Shown: positions 9,544-19,013, numbered from the stretch's first letter. The stretch is 64,000 bases of DNA from Candidatus Foliamicus sp. (GCA_965206955.1 OZ242252.1:2734963-2798962); one strand, 5' to 3'. Made by a program: numbers and translations. The notes: generated from the sequence alone by a model not told the origin.

Positions 9544-9858
9544 CTATTCTCCGTAGTCATCCAGGAATCGTCCGAACTGGTGCATGCGTTCGTGCAGCAC
9601 CGTCACGATACCAATGTCTCCGTTGCTCAACCACTTCCAATATACGAAGTGCTTCTCGTAGCGAAAGAAACAGCCATCCACGCCGAACTCGGCGGCGACC
9701 GGACGTGAGGCGACACCACCGGCCGCGATCCTCTCGAACGCATCAAACAAACCAGTAATGTACGAATCCGCTTGAGTTCTCCCCCAGCGGTCCCGCGAAT
9801 AACGGTGGATTTCGTCGATGCGGAGTGCGGCCGATCCCTGGACGCGAACCGCGGTCAT
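9544..9858 (-). CDS. parE: ParE-family toxin
   Basis: ...IDEIHRYSRDRWGRTQADSYITGLFDAFERIA..., ...IVTVLHERMH. Overlaps the upstream parD by 4 nt. Confidence 0.85.
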   Translation of the reverse strand: MTAVRVQGSAALRIDEIHRYSRDRWGRTQADSYITGLFDAFERIAAGGVASRPVAAEFGVDGCFFRYEKHFVYWKWLSNGDIGIVTVLHERMHQFGRFLDDYGE

Positions 9859-10121
9859 GTGCCGGACCGCTCCTTGTCCCTGGCGATGATTTCGGAAGCA
9901 GAAAGCGGATGATAGGAGTTATCCGGCGCCACGAATGCGCGTGTCAACTCGGCCCTGAGCCGCTTGAAAGCCTCTCGCTCCGCCCGTTCCTTGTCGCGCC
10001 GGATCAGGTCGCGGACATATTCGCTGACGTTCTCATAGGAGCCGTTCTCACCGACATTGGCCGATACGAAGTCGCGAAGCGCACCACTAAGCCGGACCGT
10101 CATTGTCGTTGTGCGTGGCAT
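9855..10121 (-). CDS. parD: ParD/CopG-type RHH antitoxin
   Basis: TVRLSGALRDFVSANVGENGSYENVSEYVRDLIRRDKERAE. Confidence 0.85.
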   Translation of the reverse strand: MPRTTTMTVRLSGALRDFVSANVGENGSYENVSEYVRDLIRRDKERAEREAFKRLRAELTRAFVAPDNSYHPLSASEIIARDKERSGT

Positions 10122-10214
10122 GACTCAATTTCCAGGGAGATGGTGCGTTCAATATAACCAATATTAAATACGACCACAACCGGCGGCCCTTGTGAGGGGG
10201 CTATTTTTTTCTCC

Positions 10215-10399
10215 CCTGGGAACGAGGGCATCTTGCCCTCGACGAGGGCTGGAAGCCCTCCTTCCCAGGGTACTGGGACGGAGGACATCTTGTCCTCCGA
10301 GGGCTGGAAGCCCTCTTTCCCAGGGGTCTGGAAGCCCTCGTTCCCAGGGGGCTGGAAGCCCTCTTTCCCAGGGGGTCTGGAAGCCCTCCGTTCCCAGGG
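10215..10399. repeat. REP-like palindromic element cluster (about 6 hairpin units)
   Basis: Repeated gagggcatcttgccctc / gagggctggaagccctc / ggaggacatcttgtcctcc units with ttcccagg flanks. Confidence 0.85.
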
Positions 10400-11635
10400 T
10401 TATTCCTTGAAGCGGGTGCGGAGATGTGGGGGCACGATGGGGCAGGCGGTGGCGGTGCGGCCGAACATGCGGTAGCGGCGGTCGCCGACGAAGTGGTAGC
10501 CCATGGTGCGCATTCGAGCGGGGAAGACGCTCATTAGAAGCGCCAGCAACAGCCACAGGCCGCCCAGCATCTTCAATATCCGGATCGTGGCGTCGACCTC
10601 CATCAGCAGGCCGTCGTCGCTCATCAGGATGATGCTGTCCGGCAGATCTGCCCGCTCCAGCGGCGTCAATTGCGATTCGAAATACTCGCCTTGCAGCGGC
10701 GACAAGCGGATGCGGCCCTCGGTGTCCTCGGCCAAAATCAGGCGCACGATCCCGTGGCAGAGCGCGCAGGTGCCGTCGTAGAACAGCGTTGCCTGCGAAG
10801 GCAGTTTGCGATCCCTGACCCACGCCGGATCGAAGGTGAACAGGTGAAACAGCAGCATTGCGATGGTCAGATCGGCGAAATTCAGCAGGAACGCGAAACC
10901 GAATTGCACCACCAGCATCGCGCTCCACATCCATGGACGGGCGCGGCGGAACAGCACGATCGGCGCGAACAGCAACTCCACATACAAGATGCCCCAGGTG
11001 ACGAGCATTACAAGAATGGGCGGCAGCCACAAGAGGAAGTCGCGCAGGAAGTAATCGCGCGCCAGCGGATTGTTCAGCACGTAGCCCACGGCGTCGCCGG
11101 ACACCCACGACGGGCTGAGCAACTTGGAGTAGCCGCTGTAGCTATAGCTCAACGCCAGCACGATCCATCCAGCGAGAAAAACAGCGGCGGGAAAGCGCCA
11201 GCCGCCGCCCGGATCCGGACGTCCGCGTGCCGCCCAGGAACCATACGGAGCTCGAGGAATGAACAAGTGCGCCAGCAGCATCCAGCCCACGTACGGCAGG
11301 CTCGGATTGGCGATCAGAGGATTGCGGCCGAACAGGCTGGCCAACACCAACCACAGGAAGAAAGCGGCCCATTTGTCGGCCACTCCGGCCAGAAACAGCA
11401 GCGACGCCGCAGCAGCCGCGATCACCACCGCGACTACAAAACCCGGCGTATCCGCCAGGCGGAAGATGTTCGCAAACACACCGAATAACGGACTTTGGCG
11501 AGCGTCCGGGAGCATGCCGTCGGATGAAAACAACTCCCAGGCCCACGGCGCCAGATGAACGAAATGCACGAACAGGTAAGCACCCAGCAGGATGCGGAAG
11601 ATGCTGTATTGGCCGCCGGTCCAGCTATTGCGCAT
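10400..11635 (-). CDS. HTTM-like polytopic membrane domain fused to a DCC1-like (DUF393) thiol-disulfide oxidoreductase domain
   Basis: N-terminus MRNSWTGGQYSIFRILLGAYLFVHF... with multiple TM segments. C-terminal FYDGTCALCHG motif. Start at the internal Met 11635. Confidence 0.7.
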   Translation of the reverse strand: MRNSWTGGQYSIFRILLGAYLFVHFVHLAPWAWELFSSDGMLPDARQSPLFGVFANIFRLADTPGFVVAVVIAAAAASLLFLAGVADKWAAFFLWLVLASLFGRNPLIANPSLPYVGWMLLAHLFIPRAPYGSWAARGRPDPGGGWRFPAAVFLAGWIVLALSYSYSGYSKLLSPSWVSGDAVGYVLNNPLARDYFLRDFLLWLPPILVMLVTWGILYVELLFAPIVLFRRARPWMWSAMLVVQFGFAFLLNFADLTIAMLLFHLFTFDPAWVRDRKLPSQATLFYDGTCALCHGIVRLILAEDTEGRIRLSPLQGEYFESQLTPLERADLPDSIILMSDDGLLMEVDATIRILKMLGGLWLLLALLMSVFPARMRTMGYHFVGDRRYRMFGRTATACPIVPPHLRTRFKE

Positions 11636-12134
11636 CGCAACGACTCTCAAACTCAAGTTGCCAGCCGTGGCCGGCGGGCAAATCCTGGCGCGGCTCGATG
11701 ATGACGGACACCGGCCCGGCAACATCGTCGGCGTTCACGCCCAGTTCCTCCAGGATCGTGGAGGAACCGCAGAAGGCAAATCGCAATGCACTTTCCAGCA
11801 TCGGCCTAGTGACCTCGCTGGCGTTAAGCACCGGCGCATAGGAAATCGCAGCCCCGTAAGCGTTTCTGCGGTTATAGGGGCCGCGCACGCCGCGGTAGTT
11901 GGCGGGCGTGAGTTTGAGCTTGTGCCGCCGGCCGCTTCGGTCCGTCCAGGCCAGGAAGAACTCCGACGAATAGGTCTCGAACCCCTGGTGCGCGGTAAAA
12001 ACTTTCGGCGTCGGCGAACTGCCGGTTGCCTGGGCCAGTCCCTTGATTACCGGAAAGCCGAACACGTCGCCGACCATTTGCGCCACCCCGATCAGGACCA
12101 GGGCGCCGGCGGAGATCCAGGCTCGAAAGTTCAA
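11625..12134 (-). CDS. Hypothetical exported protein (operon partner of HTTM/DCC protein)
   Basis: N-terminal hydrophobic segment. Overlaps both neighbours by a few nt. No motif recognised. Confidence 0.55.
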   Translation of the reverse strand: MNFRAWISAGALVLIGVAQMVGDVFGFPVIKGLAQATGSSPTPKVFTAHQGFETYSSEFFLAWTDRSGRRHKLKLTPANYRGVRGPYNRRNAYGAAISYAPVLNASEVTRPMLESALRFAFCGSSTILEELGVNADDVAGPVSVIIEPRQDLPAGHGWQLEFESRCDAQ

Positions 12135-12883
12135 GTCCCGCCTCCTCCCTCAGCCACGGCGGATTGATGCAGATCCGTCCCTTTCAGCATCTCCACCAAC
12201 CGCAGCTCGTAGTCCTTTTCAAATCCGCACTGCGATTCGAACCGATACGGATTGTGGAAAGTCCCGAACGCCATGTCCCAGATCGGCAGGTCTGAGAAAT
12301 TCTGCCGATGCCAACGCATTTTGTGGTGAATGCAATGACTCTCCGGGCGCTGAAAGATAAACCCGATCCAGCGAGGCGTGTTGACGTTCCAGTGGTAGAA
12401 CAACTCGCCCAACCCGGTCAGCAGCACCGAAAGCGAAGCCGCCGCCGGACTCAGACCGCACAGGATGTAGACGATTGCACTGGACAGGATGCTGTTGGCG
12501 AAGATTTCCGCCGGATGCTTGTAGAAGCTGGTGATCAGTTCAATCCGTTGCGGGCTGTGGTGCACCTGGTGGAACACCCTCCACAAAAAAGGCACCTCGT
12601 GACGCCAACGGTGCCACCAGTAGTAAATGAAGGTAATGACGACGTAGCCGGCGACCGCCCCGCCGCCAAAGCCCAGGTAGTCCTCAAGTCGAAAAAGCGC
12701 CCAACCATCAAACCACCGGTCCCAGGTCACGCCGGACACGAACACCGCCGCCACCTGCACCCCGTTCAACAGCGCCGCCCTGCCCCACCATCCGGTCACC
12801 TTCTTCCACACACGCCCGCGGGCGAACAACTCCACCACGAACATCACAATCGCAACCCCGGCAACGACGGCGACAATCTGCAA
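12131..12883 (-). CDS. Fatty-acid hydroxylase / sterol desaturase superfamily membrane protein
   Basis: Histidine boxes HRWRH, HQVHH, HCIHH. Several TM segments. Confidence 0.85.
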   Translation of the reverse strand: MQIVAVVAGVAIVMFVVELFARGRVWKKVTGWWGRAALLNGVQVAAVFVSGVTWDRWFDGWALFRLEDYLGFGGGAVAGYVVITFIYYWWHRWRHEVPFLWRVFHQVHHSPQRIELITSFYKHPAEIFANSILSSAIVYILCGLSPAAASLSVLLTGLGELFYHWNVNTPRWIGFIFQRPESHCIHHKMRWHRQNFSDLPIWDMAFGTFHNPYRFESQCGFEKDYELRLVEMLKGTDLHQSAVAEGGGGT

Positions 12884-12971
12884 GCCTTACCCTCTAACGT
12901 CTGCTCGATACAAGTATAGGAGGATTACCGCCTCGCATAGAATCCAATGGTTGGACCCTGGAACAAAGAAC

Positions 12972-13020
12972 GAGGGTGCCTGCCCTCTCCTCACCTGCCT
13001 TAGAATCCTCTCATCGCGGA
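12972..13020. repeat. Left copy of about 50-bp imperfect direct repeat flanking the DUF488 cassette
   Basis: gagggtgcctgccctctcctCACCTGcCTTAgAATCcTCtCATC.. versus 14962-15013 gagggcgtcccgccctcaaacCACCTGaCTTAaAATCTCcCcAATC.. Confidence 0.55.
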
Positions 13021-13132
13021 AAGATCGGTCCTAACCAAATGGCCATTGATTATGCAACTTGAACGCGCGAGTAACTATCAACCGCCGTAGCCGACTCAAA
13101 CGGGATTGTTTGCGGAGATAAAGGAGTAATTC

Positions 13133-13813
13133 TTGACCACAACGAAGAGAATCGTCTGTCTAGCCAACTCGCGAAAAATGTCGGGACGCTGCGTGGCCGG
13201 GGTGGAATTCAAAGCTGACAAGCCTGGTGGATGGATTCGGCCTGTGAGCGCTCGAGAGTACCAGGAGGTCTCGGAGTACGAACGACAGTACGAGAACGGG
13301 AGTGATCCAAGATTGTTGGATATTATTGATATCCCGCTGCTGGAGCATCGGCCCATCGACTACCAGCAAGAAAATTGGATGCTTGATCCTGAGTACTACT
13401 GGGTAAAGGTTGGTGCACTTAATTGGGACGGCCTGCATGAGATTGCGGATCGGGGCGGTACGCTGTGGCGGAACGGCAGTCACACCTACAACGGGACAAA
13501 TGATCGGATTCCCATCGACCAAGCGGCCTCGGAGACCAGTTCGCTCAAATTGGTTCATGTTGACGGCCTCAAGTTACGCGTATTTTCGCCCGGCCAGGAT
13601 TTCGGCGACTCGAAGCGGCGTGTTCAGGTACGCTTCCGGTTTGCTGGAATCGAGTATGAGTTGTGGGTTACGGATCCGCGCATCCAGCTAAAGTATCTCG
13701 CGAAGGAAAATGGAGACTACCAATTGGGCGAATGCTATCTAACCATCAGCCTAGGTGAGCCGTTCAAGGACTATTGCTACAAACTGGTGGCCGCTGTACT
13801 GGAAAAACACTGA
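13133..13813 (+). CDS. Hypothetical protein, first gene of DUF488 cassette
   Basis: TTG start preceded by aaaggag. MTTTKRIVCLANSRKMSGRCVAGVEF... No catalytic motif recognised. TGATG overlap with the next gene. Confidence 0.6.
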   Translation: MTTTKRIVCLANSRKMSGRCVAGVEFKADKPGGWIRPVSAREYQEVSEYERQYENGSDPRLLDIIDIPLLEHRPIDYQQENWMLDPEYYWVKVGALNWDGLHEIADRGGTLWRNGSHTYNGTNDRIPIDQAASETSSLKLVHVDGLKLRVFSPGQDFGDSKRRVQVRFRFAGIEYELWVTDPRIQLKYLAKENGDYQLGECYLTISLGEPFKDYCYKLVAAVLEKH

Positions 13814-14439
13814 TGACAGGAGCGGCAGAGCAAAATTGGGTCTTTACGATAGGTCATTCTACGCACGAACTGGCGCCGTTCGTGGACTTGCTTTCCAAGC
13901 ACCGAATAGGTGCCTTGGCGGACGTGCGGTCGATGCCCTACAGTCGTCGGCAACCGCAATTCAACCGGGAAGCTCTGATGAAGGCGCTGAGGGCGCGGGG
14001 AATAGCGTACGTATATCTCGGCAAAGAGCTTGGGGCAAGGAGCAATGATCCAGCCTTCTACAAAAATGGCCGCGTCCAGTTCCGTAGGCTGGCCGACTCT
14101 AGTCTGTTCCGGTCAGGAATCAAGCGGATACTGGATGGAAGTCAGCGCATGAGTATTGCGCTGATGTGTGCGGAAAAGGACCCTCTCGATTGCCATCGAA
14201 CCATATTGGTCACACGCGAACTGGTTGGCTTGGGCACGGAGGTCAAGCACATTCTCGGCGATGGAGAGATTGAAACGCATCAGGCGGCGATGAAACGGTT
14301 ATGCAAACGACTGGGAATTCGGGAAGATCTGCTCCGCCCGCCGGAAGAACTTGAGGACGACGCCTATACGGCCCAAGAGGAAAAGATCGCCTACATTAGC
14401 TTAGAGCACGCTCACGATACACAGGAGGTTCAAGAGTGA
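13813..14439 (+). CDS. DUF488-family protein (long form)
   Basis: WVFTIGHSTHELAPFVDLLSKHRIGALADVRSMPYSRRQPQFN...CAEKDPLDCHRTIL. Confidence 0.7.
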   Translation: MTGAAEQNWVFTIGHSTHELAPFVDLLSKHRIGALADVRSMPYSRRQPQFNREALMKALRARGIAYVYLGKELGARSNDPAFYKNGRVQFRRLADSSLFRSGIKRILDGSQRMSIALMCAEKDPLDCHRTILVTRELVGLGTEVKHILGDGEIETHQAAMKRLCKRLGIREDLLRPPEELEDDAYTAQEEKIAYISLEHAHDTQEVQE

Positions 14440-14873
14440 GAATACTGACGATCGGCTTTACCAAGAAGAGCGCCAAGCGATTTTTCGAGTTGCTGACGAA
14501 GGCGGGTGCAAGGCGAGTAGTAGACGTTAGGCTCAACAACGTCTCCCAATTGGCGGGGTTTGCAAAGAAGAACGATCTTGCGTATTTCCTGGACCAAATG
14601 TGCCACATCGATTACCGGCACGATCCGGAGCTTGCCCCGACAAAGAAGATGCTAGATGGATATAAGAAGCTCGGCGGCAGCTGGGACGACTACGAGCGGA
14701 ACTTTGTGAACCTGATGGCCGAGCGACGAATCGAGGAGAAGCTCAAACCGGGTATGTTGGACGATGCCTGTCTGCTCTGTAGTGAGGACAAGCCACATCA
14801 CTGCCATCGCCGCCTGGTCGCCGAGTATTTGAAGGACCGCTGGGAGGATGTCGAAATTGAGCACCTCGGGTAG
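14436..14873 (+). CDS. DUF488-family protein (short form)
   Basis: MRILTIGFTKKSAKRFFELL...VDVRLNN...CSEDKPHHCHRRLVAEYL. 4-nt overlap with the previous gene. Confidence 0.7.
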   Translation: MRILTIGFTKKSAKRFFELLTKAGARRVVDVRLNNVSQLAGFAKKNDLAYFLDQMCHIDYRHDPELAPTKKMLDGYKKLGGSWDDYERNFVNLMAERRIEEKLKPGMLDDACLLCSEDKPHHCHRRLVAEYLKDRWEDVEIEHLG

Positions 14874-14961
14874 CAGCGGCAGTCAGGACGATCGGCAACC
14901 AAGTCACGAGTATGTAATGCGCGCACGGATTTTGCCTCCGCAGTGTTACCTCTCCAGGAAA

Positions 14962-15013
14962 GAGGGCGTCCCGCCCTCAAACCACCTGACTTAAAATCTC
15001 CCCAATCCCCGGA
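14962..15013. repeat. Right copy of about 50-bp imperfect direct repeat flanking the DUF488 cassette
   Basis: See 12972-13020. Confidence 0.55.
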
Positions 15014-15023
15014 GCGCATTACC

Positions 15024-15548
15024 TTGGGCAAGAACTCCCAAACCTTCCTTCCCCTCAACATCGCCGTGCTGACCATCTCCGACAGCCGCACGCTGGAAAC
15101 CGACGACTCCGGCGCGCTTTTGGCTGAGCGGATCGCAACGGCCGGCCACAAATTACACCAGCGCCTCCTCGAACCCGACCACCGCTACCGCATCCGCGCA
15201 GTCGTATCCCAATGGATCGCCGACGAAGCCATCGACGCCATCATCACCACCGGCGGCACCGGCCTGACCGGCCGCGACGGCACCCCCGAAGCCATCGAAC
15301 CCCTGCTCGACAAGCAGATCGAAGGCTTCGGCGAAATGTTCCGGGTGCTGTCGTACGAAGACATCGGCACCTCCACGCTGCAATCGCGCTGCCTGGCGGG
15401 ACTGGCCAACGGCACCTTCGTGTTCTGCCTGCCCGGCTCGCGCAACGCCGTGGCCACCGGCTGGGACAAGCTCATCGAAGCCCAGCTCGACACCCGCACC
15501 CGCCCCTGCAACCTGGCCGAGCTCAGGCCACGCTTACGAGAAACCTAA
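15024..15548 (+). CDS. moaB: Molybdenum cofactor biosynthesis protein B
   Basis: LNIAVLTISDSR..., ITTGGTGLTGRD, FCLPGS. A TTG at 15024 with GGAG 9 nt upstream gives a MoaB-like length. The ORF is open back to 14943, so the start is uncertain. Confidence 0.8.
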   Translation: MGKNSQTFLPLNIAVLTISDSRTLETDDSGALLAERIATAGHKLHQRLLEPDHRYRIRAVVSQWIADEAIDAIITTGGTGLTGRDGTPEAIEPLLDKQIEGFGEMFRVLSYEDIGTSTLQSRCLAGLANGTFVFCLPGSRNAVATGWDKLIEAQLDTRTRPCNLAELRPRLRET

Positions 15549-15560
15549 GGCCTAAAGCCT

Positions 15561-16331
15561 ATGTCGCTCCTCCAGATCCACCAGTTCCCCTGCCTGTCCG
15601 ACAACTACGGGTTCCTGATCCGCGAGCGCCTGTCCGGCGTAACCGCCACCATCGACACGCCCGACCCCCGCGCCATCGAGCGCGAACTCAAGCGCAAGAA
15701 ATGGCGCCTGACGCACATCCTCAACACCCACCACCACGCCGACCACGCCGGCGGCAACCTGTGGCTCAAGGAACGCACCGGCTGCGTCATCGTAGGCCCC
15801 AGCGCCGACGCCGCGCGCATCCCCGGCATCGACCTCCAGGTAGGCGAAGGCGAAATCCTGGAATTCGGCAATACCGAAGCCCACGTATATGACACCCCCG
15901 GCCACACCAGTGGCCACATCGTCTATCACTTCGCCGACGAAGACGTCGCCTTCGTGGGCGACACCCTGTTCTCCATGGGCTGCGGCCGCCTGTTCGAAGG
16001 CACGCCCAGGCAGATGTGGAACTCGCTGCAGAAGCTGATGAGCTGGCCCGCGCGCACACGCATCTACTGCGCGCACGAATACACGCAATCCAACGGGCGC
16101 TTTGCGCTGACCGTGGACCCGGACAACCGGGCTCTGATCAAGCGCATGGAAGAAGTGGACCAGCTACGCGCGGAGGGAAAGCCGACCGTGCCAACAACAA
16201 TGCACCAGGAGATTCGCACGAATCCTTTCCTGCGGCCCAACAGCAAGGGAATACGGGTGCAGCTGGGCATGGAGGAAGCCAACGACGTGCAGGTGTTCGC
16301 AGAAGTCCGCCGGCGCAAGGACCGCTTCTAG
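15561..16331 (+). CDS. gloB: Hydroxyacylglutathione hydrolase (glyoxalase II)
   Basis: CLSDNYGFLI, NTHHHADHAGGN, TPGHTSGH, CAHEYT. Confidence 0.9.
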   Translation: MSLLQIHQFPCLSDNYGFLIRERLSGVTATIDTPDPRAIERELKRKKWRLTHILNTHHHADHAGGNLWLKERTGCVIVGPSADAARIPGIDLQVGEGEILEFGNTEAHVYDTPGHTSGHIVYHFADEDVAFVGDTLFSMGCGRLFEGTPRQMWNSLQKLMSWPARTRIYCAHEYTQSNGRFALTVDPDNRALIKRMEEVDQLRAEGKPTVPTTMHQEIRTNPFLRPNSKGIRVQLGMEEANDVQVFAEVRRRKDRF

Positions 16332-16372
16332 CATCGACCAGACTGAGTATCCTCAGCAAACCACCCCCCACC

Positions 16373-16437
16373 CCTGGGAACGAGGGCATCTTGCCCTCGT
16401 CGAGGGCTGGAAGCCCTCGTTCCCAGGCTGTTCCATG
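16373..16437. repeat. REP-like palindromic element
   Basis: cctgggaacgagggcatcttgccctcgtcgagggctggaagccctcgttcccagg, a near-perfect long palindrome. Confidence 0.9.
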
Positions 16438-16453
16438 CAAGAATGCCGAAACC

Positions 16454-17323
16454 GTGACCATCCTTCTCACCGCCGCCAACGGCCGAACCGGCCGCGCAGT
16501 CCTCACGCAATTGTCCAAAGCAGGCGCCGACGTAAAAGTGTTCCTGCGCGACGAACGTCAATGGCCCGCCCTGCAAAAACTCGGAGCGGCCTCCTATGCC
16601 CTGGGAAATATGGAGGACACCTCAACCATCAACGCAGCGATGGCCTCGTGCGAAACGATCATCCATATCGGCCCGCCGATGCATCCCAACGAAGTCGAAA
16701 TAACAAGCCGCTTCATCGACGCCGCCCTGTCGCACGGCATATCCCGATTCGTCTACTACTCAGTCATGCACCCACTACGCCGCGCGGTCCGGCATCACCG
16801 CCTAAAGCTGGACGTCGAAGAAGCGCTCATCGAGTCCGGCCTGCCCTACACCATCTTGCAGCCCATGCGCTACATGCAGCACTTGGCATTGATCTGGAAC
16901 AAGGTGCTTGAGACCGGCATTCACGCGATGCCCTTCAACATCGATGTCAAGTTCAATGTCGCCGATCTCCGCGATCTCGCCGAAGCAACGGCCATCGTGG
17001 CCACCAACCCCGGACACCTCTACGCGACCTACGAGCTTGCCGGCCTGGAGGCCCTAAGCCAGCGCGACATGGCCACCGTGATCAGCCGCGTGCTTGGCAG
17101 AGAAATCGGCGCCGCAGCCTTGAGCCTGGAGGAACTGGAGAAGAACGCCCGCGCAGCGGGCGCCAGCGACGACCGAGTAACGCAAATGCTCACCATGAAC
17201 AAGCACTACGACCAATACGGCTTCCACGGCAATCCCAATGCGCTCCGATGGATCCTGGGTCGTGAGCCCAACAAGTACCAGAACTACGTAACAAGATTGG
17301 CCGCCAGTAGCGCGGCGGGATAG
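16454..17323 (+). CDS. NmrA-family NAD(P)-binding protein
   Basis: GTG start gives VTILLTAANGRTGRAVL (Rossmann N-terminus); the decayed paralogue at 19014 starts at the same position with ATG. Upstream ORF extension rejected. Confidence 0.8.
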   Translation: MTILLTAANGRTGRAVLTQLSKAGADVKVFLRDERQWPALQKLGAASYALGNMEDTSTINAAMASCETIIHIGPPMHPNEVEITSRFIDAALSHGISRFVYYSVMHPLRRAVRHHRLKLDVEEALIESGLPYTILQPMRYMQHLALIWNKVLETGIHAMPFNIDVKFNVADLRDLAEATAIVATNPGHLYATYELAGLEALSQRDMATVISRVLGREIGAAALSLEELEKNARAAGASDDRVTQMLTMNKHYDQYGFHGNPNALRWILGREPNKYQNYVTRLAASSAAG

Positions 17324-17555
17324 CCTTCCTCCATAAAAGGCATTCATCCCTTCCCGTTTCGGTAGAAAGTAGTGGCGAACGTGGACGTTGGGCATATGTA
17401 GGTAAATGTGTCCGAACACCGCATGAAAAAGAACTGCATTTGTGCCAGCGCCGTAGTACAAGTCGCTTCTGCGAGGCTGTTTCATGGCATGTTAGACTGC
17501 AAATTCAGTTGGTTGATGTCTGCAATCCGCTGCTTCTTGTCAGGACAATCGAATC

Positions 17556-17993
17556 ATGAGCATACGTGCAATTGACGTAGCTGCCTACATCCTGCGCAAC
17601 CAGGGTTCCATGCCGGCCATGAAGCTGCAAAAGCTCGTTTATTACTCACTGGCCTGGTCACTTGTTTGGGATGACAAACCGCTTTTTGAGGAAACGATTG
17701 AGGCGTGGGCGAATGGTCCGGTGATTCGAGAACTCTATGACGCGCATCGCGGACAGTATTCTGTTTCCCGCATTCCCGATGGAGACCGGGATCTGCTGGA
17801 TAGAGATCAGTGCGAGACAATCGATGCGGTTCTTCGTTTCTATGGAGAGAAGTCATCCCAATGGCTGAGTGATTTAACCCATATGGAAGCTCCATGGCGG
17901 GATGCGCGTGAGAAGGACGGCCTTGACAGCGGTGAGCGCGGACGGGCCGCTATCGCGCATGCGTCAATGTTGGAGTACTACTCCGCCCTATAG
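17556..17993 (+). CDS. Panacea/SocA (DUF4065)-type antitoxin
   Basis: AMKLQKLVYYSLAWSLVWDDKPLFEE.IEAWANGPV..ELY is the pattern typical of DUF4065 antitoxin domains. Confidence 0.7.
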   Translation: MSIRAIDVAAYILRNQGSMPAMKLQKLVYYSLAWSLVWDDKPLFEETIEAWANGPVIRELYDAHRGQYSVSRIPDGDRDLLDRDQCETIDAVLRFYGEKSSQWLSDLTHMEAPWRDAREKDGLDSGERGRAAIAHASMLEYYSAL

Positions 17994-17999
17994 AAGCTC

Positions 18000-18443
18000 T
18001 TGGCTGGACAACCTGGAAAGAAGCGGCCGAAGTTCGCTCAAAGGCCCCGGCCGACGAAGCAACCCAAGGCGCTGGGGCCGACGATTCATGGAGAGCCTCT
18101 CGCGTGGAGGTTTAGCGAATCTGACCATGATGGCGATTGGGCCTGGACGAAACTGTCCGATCCATCTCGGTACAAGAACGTGATGGAGAAATTACAGGAA
18201 TTCGAGAAGAAGAACTGGGATGAGATCACAAAGAGCGGCAGCCACCCGATACCCGTTTCAAGTATCGTGAAGCGTGCGCAGGATCGCCTTCGAAATATCC
18301 ATAAGGACGATGTCGATGAACTCATGTCGTTTCGACTGACGGGCATTAACCGCGTTTGGTGCGTAAGGCAATTGAGCGTCATGAAAGTTCTATGGTGGGA
18401 CCCTAATCACAAAATTTGCCCGGCACCCGGAAAGCACACATGA
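18000..18443 (+). CDS. Putative toxin partner of the Panacea antitoxin (uncharacterised, RelE-like C-terminal pattern)
   Basis: Starts 7 nt after the antitoxin stop. The C-terminus LMSFRLTGINRVWCVRQLSVMKVLWWDPNHKICP resembles RelE/ParE-fold tails. The start codon (TTG) is uncertain. Confidence 0.45.
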   Translation: MAGQPGKKRPKFAQRPRPTKQPKALGPTIHGEPLAWRFSESDHDGDWAWTKLSDPSRYKNVMEKLQEFEKKNWDEITKSGSHPIPVSSIVKRAQDRLRNIHKDDVDELMSFRLTGINRVWCVRQLSVMKVLWWDPNHKICPAPGKHT

Positions 18444-19013
18444 CAATTTGGCTCCCTGGTGGAGCCATTCGCCGGTTTGGACGCGATCGGCGCGGGCCGA
18501 GCGATCAGCTCTGCTTAACGTCCAGAACTCAAGCCGGCGATACCACGCCTGGCGTCCCAGCGAGCGGGCCTTGCCAAAAAGGTTCATCCCGATAACCGTG
18601 TATTAGCTCTTCCAATTCAAGGCCTTGGAATTCGCCGAAGCCCGAGTCTTGCTGGTCTAAGCAGGATAGCCTCTTACCGGCCCCGGCTAAAACGCAATAT
18701 GGCGCTACTCGGGCATTGTAATTTTGCAACAGACCGGCAAGGGCCACCAACCCATGGAAAGCCCCCGCATCGAAACTCTCTTGTCCGAAGCGACAGAATA
18801 TGCCGCCTCGGAATCTGCGCACGACGAAGAGACCAAATGTGGTGTTACCGATGGTAAGGCCGTGAGCGCTTATCTGGAGCAAAAGTTCAAGCGGCTCCTG
18901 AATAAGAAGAATGCTTGATCGGACGGCGACAAAGCCCAACGAGAAGACGGAACTCGGCTACTTTCAGGCGCCGGCATTGCTTGCCTGAATAGGTTGAGTA
19001 GCCTCACGAAACC

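Noticed and set aside
10164-11488. ORFs 10164-11108 (minus strand, alternative frame) and 10670-11488 (plus strand) overlapping the HTTM/DCC gene
   Set aside because: Low-complexity Arg/Pro/His-rich products. The real frame has TM segments and the DUF393 CxxC motif.
16016-16453. N-terminal extension of the NmrA-like ORF (435-aa version)
   Set aside because: The extension overlaps gloB in another frame and translates a REP element. The decayed paralogue at 19014 begins at the position of the GTG at 16454.
18450-19000. ORFs 18529-18939 (minus strand) and 18724-18918 (plus strand) between the Panacea pair and the NmrA remnant
   Set aside because: They overlap each other on opposite strands. 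Neither has a motif, RBS or coupling to neighbours, so they are left unannotated.
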